Assembly: GCF_036365525.1 (NCBI RefSeq)
Contig: NC_090371.1
Span: 16,369,422 to 16,433,421 of the forward strand
DNA from: Heterodontus francisci
Taxonomy: Eukaryota
Direction of reading: 5' to 3'
Length of the DNA: 64,000 nt
Positions within the stretch are counted from its first letter, which is position 1. Each line of letters opens with the position of its first letter. The notes under the pieces are model-generated. The model ran no database searches, was not told where the DNA came from, and saw only the letters and a program-made list of their open reading frames with translations. A program made the position numbers and the translations under genes. Of the stretch, positions 1 to 10,051 are shown in pieces.

Positions 1-130
1 TAGGTCGTCCCCCCCAACCGTATCCAAAACGGTATACGTATTATTGAGGGGAACGGCCACAGAGGATCCCCGCACTGTGCGCCTATTCCCTTTCCCTCCC
101 CTGACAGTCACCCAGCTATCTTTATCCTGC
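1..130 (-). mobile_element. CR1 LINE ORF1 fragment (runs off the left edge of the window)
   Basis: Manual translation of the minus strand of 1-120 gives DSWVTVRGGKGNRRTVRGSSVAVPLNNTYTVLDTVGGDDL. This resembles the W-x-T-V...VPLxNxY linker seen upstream of the esterase domain in vertebrate CR1 ORF1. Recognised by eye, no search run. Confidence 0.65.
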
Positions 131-136
131 AACTGT

Positions 137-660
137 TACAGCACAGAAAGAGGCCCTTCAGCCCATCGTGTCTGCACCAGCTGAAAAAAAAACTAGCCAC
201 CCAATCTGATCCTACCTTCCAGTACCTGGCCCATAGCCTTGCAAGTTACAGCACTTCAGGTGAGGGTCCAGATGCCTCTTTAAATGTGTTGAGGATCTCT
301 GCTTCCACCACCGATCTAGGCACTTAATTCCAGACACCCACCGCCCTCTGGGGGAAAAAGTTTTTCCTCATGTCCCCTCTACCTTAAAGCTGTGTCCCCT
401 AGTAATTAAAGGGGAAATAGGTCCTTCCTGTCTACTCTATCTAGGCCCCTCATAATTTTGTACACCTCAACTAAGTCACCCCTCAGCCTCCTCTGTTCTA
501 AGGAAAACAACTCTAGCCTGTCCAATCTTTCCTCATAGCTGCAACTTTCCAGCCCTGACAACATTCTTGTAAATCTCCTCTGTACTCTCTTCGGAGCAAT
601 TATGTCCTTTTGTAATGTTGTGACCAGAACTGTACGCAATACTCCAGCTGTGGCCTAACC
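137..660 (-). mobile_element. CR1 LINE 3' end (ORF2 C-terminus plus 3' UTR), left half of a copy split by the LINE at 661-3730
   Basis: ORF 406..639(-) contains RVQRRFTRMLSGLESCSYEERLDRLELFSLEQRRLRGDLVEVYKIMRGLDRVD, the typical CR1 ORF2 C-terminal block. The 3' tail (plus-strand tacagcacagaaagaggcccttcagccc) lies at about 137-165. Confidence 0.9.
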
Positions 661-3600
661 CATCTGGTTCACTAATGTCCTTTAGGGAAGGAAATCTGCT
701 GTCCTTACCTGGTCTGGCCTACATGTGACTCCAGACCCACAGCAATGTGGTTAACTCTTACATGCCCTCTGCAATGGCCTAGCAAGCCACTCAGTTGTAC
801 CTAACCGCTACGAAGTCAATAAAAAGGAATGAAACCGGACAGACCACCCAGCATTGGCCTAGGCACCGGAAACAACGGCAAACCCAGCCCTGTCGACCCT
901 GCAAAGTCCTCCTTACTAACATCTGGGGGCTTGTGCCAAAGTTGGGAGAGCTGTCCCACAGACTAGTCAAGCAACAGCCTGACATAGTCATACTCACGGA
1001 ATCATACCTTACAGACAATGTCCCAGACACTGCCATCACCATCCCCGGGTATGTCTTGTCCCACCGGCAGGACACACCCACCAGAGGTGGTGGCACATTG
1101 GTATACAGTAGGGAGGGAGTTGCCCTGGGAGTCCTCAACATCGGCTCCGGACCCCATGAAGTCTCATGGCATCAGGTCAAACATGGGCAAGGTAACCTCC
1201 TACTGATTACCACTTACCGCCCTCCTTCAGCTAATGACTCAGTACTCCACTATGTTGAACAGCACTTGGAGGAAGCACTGAGGGTGGCAAGGGCACAAAA
1301 TGTACTCTGGGTGGGGGACTTCAATGTCCATCACCAAAAGTGGCTCAGTAGCACCACAAGCTGGCTGAGTACCAAAGGACATAGCTGCTAGTCTGGGTCT
1401 GCAGCAGATGGTGGGGGAACCAACACGAGGGAAAAACATACTTGACCTCATCCTCACCAATCTGCCTGCTGCAGATGCTTCTGTCCATGACAGTGTTGGT
1501 AGGAGTGACCACTGCACAGTCCTTGTGGAGACGAAGTCCCACCTTCACATTGAGGATACCGTCCATCGTGTTGTGTGGCACTATCACCGTGCTAAATGGG
1601 ATAGATTTCAAACAGATCTAGCAATGCAAAACTGGGCATCCACGAGGCGCTGTGGGCCATCAGCAGAATTGTACTCAACCACAATCTGTAACCTCTTGGC
1701 CCACTCTACCATTACCATCAAGCCAGGAGCCCAACCCTGGTTCAAAGAAGAGTGCAGGAGGGTATGCCAGGAGCAGCACCAGGCATACCTCAAAATGAGG
1801 TGTCAACCTGGTGAAGCTGCAACACAGGACTATCTGCGTGCCAAACTGCGCAAGCAGCATGCGATAGATAGAGCTATGTGATCCCATAACCAACGGATCA
1901 GATCTAAGCTCTGCAGTCCTGCCACATCCAGCCGTGAATGGTGGTGGACAATTAAACAACGAACTGGAGGAGGTGGCTCCACAAATATCCCCATCCTCAA
2001 TGATGGGGGAGCCCAGCACATTAGTGTGAAAGATAAGGCTGAAACATTTGCAACAATCTTTAGCCAGAAGTGCCGAGTTGATGATCCATCTCGGCCTCCT
2101 CCTGAAGTCCCCAGCATCATAGATGCTAGACTTCAGCCAATTCGATTCACTCTGCATGATATCAAGAAACGACTGAAGGCACTGGATACTGCAAAAGCTA
2201 TGGGCCCTGACAATATTCCAGCAATAGTACTGAAGACCTGTGCTCCAGAACTTGCCACACCCCTAGCCAAGCTGTTTCAGTACAGCAACAACACTGGCAT
2301 CTACCCTGCAAAGTGGAAAATTGCCCAGGTATGTCCTGTACACAAAAAGCAGGACAAGTCCAACCCGGCCAATTACCGTCCCATCAGCCTACTCTCAATC
2401 ATCAGTAAAGTGATGGAAGGTGTCATCAACAGTGCCATCAAGCGGCACTTGCTTAGCAATAACCTGCTCAGTGACGCTCAGTTTGGGTACCGCTAGGGCC
2501 ACTCAGCTCCTGACCTCATTACAGCCTTGATTCAAACATGGACAAAAGAACAGAACTCAAGAGGTGAGGAGAGAGTGACTGCCCTTGACATCAAGGCAGC
2601 ATTTGACCGAGTATGGCATCAAGGAGCCCTAGCAAAACTGAGGTCAATGGAATCAGGGGGAAAACCCTCTGCTGGCTGGAGTCATACCTAGCGCAAAGGA
2701 AGATGGTTGTGGTTGTTGGAGGTCAATCATCTGAGCTTCAGGACATCACTGCAGGAGTTCCTCAGCCCAACCATCTTCAGCAGCTTCATCAATGACCTTC
2801 CTTCAATCATAAGGTCAGAAGTGGGGATGTTCGCTGATGATCGCACAATGTTCAGCACCATTTGCGACTCCTCAAATACTGAAGCAGTCCGTGTAGAAAT
2901 GCAGCAGGACCTGGACATTATTCAGGCTTGGGTTGATAAATGGCAAGTAACATTCGCGCCACACAAGTGGCGGGCAATGACCATCTCCAACAAGAGAGCA
3001 TCTAACCATCTCCCCTTGACCTTCAACAGCATTACCATTGCTGAATCCCCCGCTATCAACATCCTAGGGGCTACCATTGACCAGAAACTGAACTGGAGTA
3101 GCCATATAAATACCATGGCTACAAGAGCAGGTCAGAGGATAGGAATCCTGAGGTGAGTAACTCACCTCCTGACTCCCCAAAGCCTGTCCACCATCTACAA
3201 GTCGCAAGTCAGGAGTGTGATGGAATACTCTCCACTTGCCTGGATGGGTGCAGCTCCAACAACACTCAAGAAGCTCGACATCATCCAGGACAAAAGCAGC
3301 CCGCTTGATTGGCACCCCATCGACAAACATTCACTCCCTGCACCACCGACGCATGGTGGCAGCAGTGTGAACCATCTCCAAGATGCACTGCAGCAATGCA
3401 CCAAGGCTCCTTAGACAGCACCTTCCAAACCCGTGACTTCTACCAACTAGAAGGACAAGGGCAGCAAATACATGGGACCACCACCACCTGCAAGTTCCCC
3501 TCCAAGTCACATACCATCCTGATTTGGAACTATATCACCGTTCCTTCACTGTCGCTGGGTCAAAATCCTGGAACTCCCTTCCTAACAGCACTGTGGGTAT

Positions 3601-3730
3601 ACCTACTGCAAATGGACTGCAGTAGTTCAAGAAGGCAGCTCACCACCACCTTCTCAAGGGCAAATAGGGATGGGCAGTAAATGCTGGCTTGGCCAGTGAT
3701 GCCCACATCCCATGAATGAATTAAAAAAAA
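661..3730 (+). mobile_element. Non-LTR retrotransposon (CR1/Jockey-group LINE) with a single APE-RT ORF, 5'-truncated, short A tail
   Basis: APE and RT motifs run continuously over 795-3667. The 3' UTR ends gcccacatcccatgaatgaattaaaaaaaa (to about 3730). The host CR1 reads through the junctions (tggcctaacc | agtgttttat). The 5' segment 662-794 is shared with the SINE at 4225-4628. Confidence 0.93.
795..3667 (+). pseudogene. Disrupted ORF2: apurinic endonuclease plus reverse transcriptase
   Basis: APE motifs: LLTNIWGL, DIVILTESYL, RGGGTLVY, YRPPS, WVGDFNVHH, PTRGKNILDLILTN, GRSDH. RT motifs: KAMGPDNIP, NYRPISLLSIISKVME, LDIKAAFDRVWH (about 2584-2620), GVPQ followed by loss of GSVLG (about 2765), FADD (2830-2841). 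C-terminal SWNSLP...FKKAAHHHLLKGK* ends at 3667. Several frameshifts and in-frame stops (1879, 2494, 3154). Confidence 0.92.
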
Positions 3731-4012
3731 AGTGTTTTATACAGTTCCAGCATTACATCCCTGCTTTTGCATTCTATACCTCGGCCAATAAGGAAATTAT
3801 TCCATATGCCTTCTTCACCACTTTATCTCCCTGTCCTGCCATCTTCAGGGACCTGTGGACATGCACTCCAAGATCTCTCACTTCTTCTACCCCTCTCAAT
3901 GTCCTCCCATTTATTGTATATTCCCTTGCCTTGTTTACCCTCCCCAAATGCATTACCTCACACTTCTCCGGATTGAATGCCATTTGCCACTTTTCCATCC
4001 ATTCAACCAAAC
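3731..4012 (-). mobile_element. CR1 LINE ORF2 fragment, right half of the copy at 137-660 (5'-truncated)
   Basis: ORF 3774..4025(-) reads EWMEKWQMAFNPEKCEVMHLGR...EVRDLGVHVHRSLK...VVKKAYG, the CR1 ORF2 segment immediately N-terminal to the block at 406-660. Confidence 0.88.
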
Positions 4013-4224
4013 CACCCCCTAACACCTAGCACAAGTGCCCCATTCTCCATCGTCAGGTGGTGGGTTTGACAGATGGAGGGGTAGGGAACCCCAGGCTGAT
4101 GTAGCCCTTGAAATTATACATACTTTCCAGCAAAAGAGCACTGTATGAGGAGGTGGAACTTTCCGGAGAATCGTACAGTGCAAAAGGAGGCCATTTGGCC
4201 CATCACGCCCATGTTGGCTCTTTC

Positions 4225-4628
4225 GGGGGCAGGCGGTGACGTAGGGGTAATGTCACTGGACTAGTAATCCAGAGGTCAGACAAATGCTCTGGGGACATGG
4301 GTTTGAATCCCACCACAGCAAATGGTGAAATTTGAATTCAATTAAAATATCTGGAATTTAAAGCTAGTCTAATGGTGACCATGAAACCATTGTCGATTGT
4401 TGTAAAAAACGATCTGGTTCACTAATGTCCTTTAGGGAAGAAAATCTGTCTTCCTTACCTGGTCTGTGACTGCATGTGGCTCCAGACCCACAAGCAATGT
4501 AGTTGACTCTTAAATGCCCTCTGAAATGGCCTAGCAAGCCACTCAGGTCAAGGGCAATTTGGGATGGGCGATAAATGCTACAATAGCCAGTGACACACAT
4601 ACCCCACAGAAAGATAAGAATGAAAAAA
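4225..4628 (+). mobile_element. Full-length tRNA-derived SINE (about 400 bp) with a LINE-derived body and tail
   Basis: tRNA-like head with A and B boxes. Segment 4412-4546 matches LINE 662-794 and segment 4548-4628 matches the LINE 3' end 3654-3730. A-rich end. Flanked by a degenerate TSD (acgcccatgttggctctt 4205-4222 / atgcccacattgctctt 4628-4644). Confidence 0.88.
4237..4310 (+). promoter_or_regulatory. Degenerate RNA polymerase III type-2 internal promoter (A box and B box) of the SINE
   Basis: A box-like TGACGTAGGGG at 4237-4247 (consensus TRGCNNARYGG) and B box-like GTTTGAATCC at 4301-4310 (consensus GTTCRAATCC), at tRNA-like spacing. Confidence 0.7.
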
Positions 4629-4848
4629 TGCCCACATTGCTCTTGGAAAGGGTTATCAAATAAGTCCCATGCCCCTGCTCTTTCCCACAGTCATGTAAAT
4701 TTGTCCTTTTCAAGTATTTATCCAATTCCATTTTGAAAGTTATTATTTAATCTGCTTCCACCATCCTTTCAGGCAGCGCATTCCACATCATAGCAACTCG
4801 CTGTTTTAAAACATTGCTGCTCATCTCCACAGTGTCAGATTTGATTAG

Positions 4849-5831
4849 GAAGATTCACTGACACTGGGAGAGAGTCTCACAGGGAGGAGAAGGGGGTGTG
4901 AAGATTCACTGACACTGGGAGAGAGTCTCACAGGGAGGAGAAGGGGGTGTGAAGATTCACTGACACTGGGAGAGAGTCTCACAGGGAGGAGAAGGGGGTG
5001 TGAAGATTCACTGACACTGGGAGAGAGTCTCACAGGGAGGAGAAGGGGGTGTGAAGATTCACTGACACTGGGAGAGAGTCTCACAGGGAGGAGAAGGGGG
5101 TGTGAAGATTCACTGACACTGGGAGAGAGTCTCACAGGGAGGAGAAGGGGGTGTGAAGATTCACTGACACTGGGAGAGAGTCTCACAGGGAGGAGAAGGG
5201 GGTGTGAAGATTCACTGACACTGGGAGAGAGTCTCACAGGGAGGAGAAGGGGGTGTGAAGATTCACTGACACTGGGAGAGAGTCTCACAGGGAGGAGAAG
5301 GGGGTGTGAAGATTCACTGACACTGGGAGAGAGTCTCACAGGGAGGAGAAGGGGGTGTGAAGATTCACTGACACTGGGAGAGAGTCTCACAGGGAGGAGA
5401 AGGGGGTGTGAAGATTCACTGACACTGGGAGAGAGTCTCACAGGGAGGAGAAGGGGGTGTGAAGATTCACTGACACTGGGAGAGAGAGTCTCACAGGGAG
5501 GAGAAGGGGGTGTGAAGATTCACTGACACTGGGAGAGAGAGTCTCACAGGGAGGAGAAGGGGGTGTGAAGATTCACTGACACTGGGAGAGAGAGTCTCAC
5601 AGGGAGGAGAAGGGGGTGTGAAGATACACTGACACTGGGAGAGAGTCTCACAGGGAGGAGAAGGGGGTGTGAAGATTCACTGACACTGGGAGAGAGTCTC
5701 ACAGGGAGGAGAAGGGGGTGTGAAGATTCACTGACACTGGGAGAGAGTCCCACAGGGAGGAGAAGGGGGTGTGAAGGTTCACTGACACTGGGAGAGAGTC
5801 TCACAGGGAGGAGAAGGGGGTGTGAAGATTC
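4849..5831. repeat. 51-bp minisatellite (VNTR), 19 copies plus 8 bp
   Basis: Unit GAAGATTCACTGACACTGGGAGAGAGTCTCACAGGGAGGAGAAGGGGGTGT. Units 1-12 (4849-5460) are identical. Units 13-15 carry an extra GA (53 bp). Single substitutions occur in units 16, 18 and 19. Confidence 0.99.
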
Positions 5832-6186
5832 TAAGCTGACAGCACAGGACTCCATCAACAGTTGGGGAGAAGGTTAGTAATATCAAGGAGTGGTGACAAG
5901 TTGAGACCAAGCTTGAATTTTAGCAGTCAGTAGGTTGTCGGAAGAATGGTAATGTGAAGGAGGCAACAGCTTGACATAACAGTGAGCACACTGCAAAAGA
6001 AAATCATTCACTGTGAAGGAGCAGGAAGGGAGTTTGTGATTCTGGTGTGGTTTGGGCCTATACATGAACGCCTGACTGAACAGCCAGAATGTCTTTCAGG
6101 GATGGTTTGGATTTGTTTCTCTGAAAGGGCAGACAGTCATACTGCCCCCACCATCTCCAATGCTGCAGTACAATCTGAATACAAAA

Positions 6187-6591
6187 CTGGCTGAGGGACA
6201 GAAAGCTGAGAGTAGTGGTGAACAGTTATTTTTCAGACTGGAGGGGGGTCTACAATGTAGGGGTAGTACTAGGACCACTGCCCTTTTGAATCACCTGGTC
6301 TTGGGTACGTGGGCATATTTTCAAAGATTGCAGATGATAAACACAGAAATGTAGTAAATGATGAGGAGGATAGTAACAGACTTCAGGAGAACATAGACAG
6401 GCTGGTGTAGAGAAATGTGAATCGATACATTCTGGTAGGAAGAGTGAGGAGCAGCAATATGAACTAAATGGTGCAATTTCAAAGGGGGTCCCAGAACAGA
6501 GAGACCTGGGTGTTCCACAGACACAAATCTTTGAAGGAGGCGAGACAATTTGAGAAGGCTGTTAAAAATGCAAATGGGATCCTTGGCTTTA
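6187..6591 (+). mobile_element. Highly decayed CR1 ORF2 (RT region) remnant, left part
   Basis: Degenerate WLRDRKLRVVVNSYFSDW, VLGPL, ADD, RLQENIDRL, EKCE, QRDLGV, AVKNANGILGF can be read by eye. It continues at 10052 beyond the inserted element. Confidence 0.75.
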
Positions 6592-6713
6592 CATATGAAC
6601 ATACGAATTAGGAGCAGAAGTAGGCCATTCGGCCCCTCTAGTCTGCTCCACCATTCAATAAGAACATGGCTGATTTGTCGGTGTCTCATCTACCCCCAAT
6701 AACCTTTGATTCC

Positions 6714-9190
6714 CTAATCTAACAAGAATCTATCTACCCCCACCTTAAAAATATTCAATGACCCCTCCTCCACCACCTTCTGAGGCAGAGAGTTCCAAAG
6801 TCGCACAACCCTCCGAGAGAAAAAATTTCTCCTTATCGCTGTCCTAAAAGGGCGACCCCTAATTTTAAAACAGTGCCCCCTAGTTCTGGACTCCCCCACA
6901 AGAGGAAACATCCTTTCCACATCCACCTTGTCAAGACCATTCAGGATCTTATATACTTCAGTCGAGTCTCCCCTCACACTTCTAAACTCCAGTGAAAATA
7001 AGCCCAGTCTGTCCAACCTTTCCTCATAAGACAACCCGCTCATTCCAGTTATCAATCTAGTAAACCTTCTCTGAACCACCTCCAATGCATCTACATCCTT
7101 CCTTAGATAAGGAGACCAAAACTGCACACAATATTCGAGACATGGTCTCACCAATGCCCTGTATAACTGAAGTATAACATCCTTACTTTTATGTTCAATT
7201 CCTCTCGTAATAAAGGATAGCATTCCATTAGCCTTCCTTATTTCTTGCTGTACCTGCATACTAATGTTATGTGCCTCATGCACTATAGCAACTAGATTCC
7301 TCTGCACCTCGGAATTCTGCAGTCATTCTCCGCTTAAGTAATACTCTGCTTTTTTATTCTTCCTGCCAAAGTGAACAACTTCACATTTTCTCACATTATA
7401 CTTCATGTGCCAGATTTTTGCCCACCCACTCAGCCTATCTATATCGGTCTGCAAGTTCCTTATGTCTTCTTCACAACATACTTTCCTACCTGCCTTTGTC
7501 TCATCTGTAAATTTAGCTACCATGCCATCGCTCCCCTCATCTAAGTCATTGATATAAATTGTAAAATGTTGAGGCCCCAGCACACACCCCTGCAGGACTC
7601 CACTCATCACATCCTGCCAATCAGAAAAGGACCCGTTTATGCACACTCTGTTTTCTGCCAGCCAGCCAATCATCTATCCATGCTAATATGTTACTCCCTA
7701 CGCCATGAGCTCCTACTATGAGCAGTAACCATTTTTGTGGCACCTTGTCAAATGTCTTCTGGAAATCCAAGTACAGTACCTCAACGGGCTCCCCTTTATC
7801 TACGGCACATGTTACTCCTTCAAAAGAACTCCAATAATTTGGTTAAACACGATCTCCCTTTCACAAAGCCATGTTGACTATTCCCGATTACCTTGAGTTT
7901 TTCTAAGTGCCCAGCTATAGCCTCCTCAATGATCAATTCGAACGCTTTCCCCGCTACAGACGTCAAGCTAAATGGCCTATAGTTACCTCTTTTCTACCTC
8001 CCCTCCTTTTTGAATAGAGGGATGATATTTGCTATTTCCAGTCTGATGGAACCTTTCAAGACTCTAGCAAATTTTGAAAAGTTAACACCGACACATCTAC
8101 TACCTCATTAGCCACCTCTTTTAAGACCCTAGGATGAAGCCCATCAGGACCCGGGGACCTATCAGCCCACAGCTCCATCAATTTGGTCAGAACCGCTTCC
8201 CTGGTGATAGTTTCACCAAGTTCCTCTCTTCCTTCCACCTCCTGATTTACAGCTATTACTGGAATGTTTTTTGTATCCTCTATAGTGAAGACAGAAGCAA
8301 AATATTTGTTCATTTCATCTGCTATTTCCTTATCTACCATTAACTCCCCATTCTCACTCTCAAGGACCAACATTCACTTTACTTACTCTTTTCCTTTTTA
8401 AATACCTGTAGAAACTCTTGCTATCAGTTTTTACATTTCTAGCTAGCTTTCTCTCGTACTGTAATTTCTTTCTCCTGATTAACCTTTTAGTCATTCTCTG
8501 CCGTTCTTTCTATTCTGACCAATCATCTGACCTGCCACTCATCTTTGCACAATTATGTGCTTTATCCTTAAGTTTGATGGTTTCCTCAACTTCTTTAGTT
8601 AACCACACACTGAGGGACCCTCCCCTTAGAACTCTTCTTATTGTAGGAATATACTTATCCTGAATATTCTTAAATATCTCCTTGAATATCTGCCACTGCT
8701 TCTCTATTGATCTATCTCCTAGCCTAGTAACCCAGTTCACTTCAGCAAGCTCAGCTTTCATGCCCACATAGTTGCCCTTATTTACTAGTCTTAATACTAG
8801 TCTTAGACTCACTCTTCCCTCTTTCAAACTGGATGTAAAATTCAATCATATTGTGGTCGCTGCTACCTGGAGATGCCTTTACTCTGAGGTCCTGTCACAT
8901 TACACAACACCAAGTCTAATATAACCTGCTCTCTGGTTGGTTCCAAAATGTGCTGCTCTAAGAAACTATCTCAAAAGCATTCTATGAACTCTTCATCCAG
9001 GCTACCACTGCCAATCTGATTTTTCCAGTTTATATGTAGATTAAAATCACTCATGATTACTGCTGTCCCTTTATCACAAGCACCCAATATTTCTTCTTGT
9101 CTACTTCATCCAACATTGTGGTTACTGTCAGAGCTTGTAGACCACTCCCACGAGTGACTTCCTTCCCCTATTATTACTCATCTCCACCGA
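6714..9190 (-). pseudogene. CR1 ORF2 (partial APE plus RT), disrupted
   Basis: GVVY, IMSDFNLHINW (about 9025-9057), SPGPDGLHPRVLKE, SGVLQGCVLGPQHFTIYINDL, KFTDET (degenerate FADD), LYRALVRPCLEYCVQFWSP, RRNFFSRRVVRLWNSLP. Many stops and frameshifts. Confidence 0.9.
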
Positions 9191-9413
9191 AACCTGTTCT
9201 AAGAGGTGTGACCGTCTTCTGGAACAAAATGTCCAGGTACTTCTCCCCCTCCCTTATGTTGTACAGTGTTTGCAGTTAAGATTCCAGATCAATAATCCTG
9301 ATCCGGAATTCCTCTAGCTGCTTACACTTTCTGCAGACATGTTTGTCCTGGATCACCGTGGCATCCAAAAGCTCCCACATACCACAGCTGCAACATAACA
9401 CCTATTGTGCCAT
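9190..9413 (-). pseudogene. CR1 ORF1 N-terminal zinc-finger/leucine-zipper fragment
   Basis: Manual translation from the ATG at 9413: MAQ*VLCCSCGMWELLDATVIQDKHVCRKCKQLEEFRIRIIDLES*LQTLYNIREGEKYLDILFQKTVTPLR. CxxC...CxxC followed by a coiled-coil heptad pattern is typical of vertebrate CR1 ORF1. Two in-frame stops. Confidence 0.8.
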
Positions 9414-9691
9414 CGTTACTTATGCTATTAGTTAATTCACTTTAATTGCTTTCTTCATCACTTTCTTAATTAACTCTCACTGTTTCCCAATCTAATAAGC
9501 TTAAATCATATTACTAAATGAAACCTTACAATTTCAAAAATTACCTGAGTTTTGAAAGATAAATGGTAAAAAAACACTCACCAACCAATCACCTACCTTG
9601 GAGTCAAAAGAAGAAGACTCACCAGCTGCTGGAGGCTAAAAAAAGATGGGAAAAGGAACCCCTCTTTCCCCCTCTGCACCAAATTCCCACA

Positions 9692-10025
9692 TGCACCAAA
9701 TTCCAGCTTCAGTCTGGCAATGTCTCATTCAGACAAATATTGCTGCTAACTGCATTGAGCTAAGAACTGGTCTGCTTTATGTCAAGATTCTGATGACTCA
9801 CTATATGCTACAATAATTAGCACCTCTTGAACCTAACTACTTTCAGCTGATGGACAGATAACTGCCACTTCTGGCTGCTTCTTGTTTAACAAGGCTATTT
9901 ACCTAACCAGGAGGTTTTAAAGCCTGACTCTTAACCTAAAATTTAAGCTTGACAAAAACTTACCAGAACTTAACCACGTGCACCAAATTCCAGCTTCACT
10001 CTGGCAATGTCTCACTCAGGCAGAT
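9692..10025. repeat. 47-bp direct repeat pair in the CR1 5' UTR (9692-9738 and 9979-10025)
   Basis: tgcaccaaattccagcttca(g/c)tctggcaatgtctca(t/c)tcag(a/g)ca(a/g)at, 43 of 47 identical, 287 bp apart. A third short copy, tgcaccaaattcc, lies at 9675. Confidence 0.9.
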
Positions 10026-10051
10026 GTCTCTTCTCGCTGCGTCCCCTCACA

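Larger units (their letters stand above)
4168..4812 (-). mobile_element. Old CR1 3'-end remnant (4168-4222 plus 4628-4812) interrupted by a SINE
   Basis: 3'-tail-like gaatcgtacagtgcaaaaggaggccatttggcccatc at 4168-4204 parallels the tail at about 137-170. ORF 4543..4731(-) begins ELDKYLKRTNLHDCG, resembling the extreme CR1 ORF2 C-terminus. Confidence 0.7.
6592..10051 (-). mobile_element. CR1 LINE retaining the 5' UTR, with an internal deletion, flanked by a 6-bp TSD GCTTTA
   Basis: 3' tail at 6592 (catatgaacatacgaattaggagcagaagtaggccattc on plus). ORF2 pieces at 6714..7307, 7323..7673, 8056..8373 and 8510..8845. ORF1 N-terminus at 9190-9413. GCTTTA at 6586-6591 and 10052-10057, with the host CR1 reading through (GILGF | INRG). 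Confidence 0.9.

Noticed and set aside
4230-4320. tRNA gene
   Set aside because: The A and B boxes are degenerate, there is no convincing cloverleaf, and the sequence continues into a SINE body and tail flanked by a TSD.
4828-4870. V(D)J recombination signal heptamer CACAGTG at 4828-4834
   Set aside because: No ACAAAAACC-like nonamer at 12- or 23-bp spacing, and no V, D or J segment nearby.
4849-5831. Common origin of the 51-bp VNTR and the 18-bp array
   Set aside because: They share only a GAGACTC-like word on opposite strands, which is too short to support homology.
4845-5858. ORFs encoding (RLSPSVSESSHPLLLPV)n
   Set aside because: These are translations of the 51-bp VNTR, and the frame is broken by the 53-bp units.
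5832-6186. Short ORFs in the unique stretch after the VNTR (5883..6065, 5982..6194)
   Set aside because: 60-70 aa, non-AUG starts, no recognisable motif and no paired splice signals.
795-9413. RT ORFs as an active retroelement or a prokaryotic RT system (retron, DGR, group II intron)
   Set aside because: The APE-RT architecture and tails are those of non-LTR LINEs, and every copy carries multiple stops or frameshifts.
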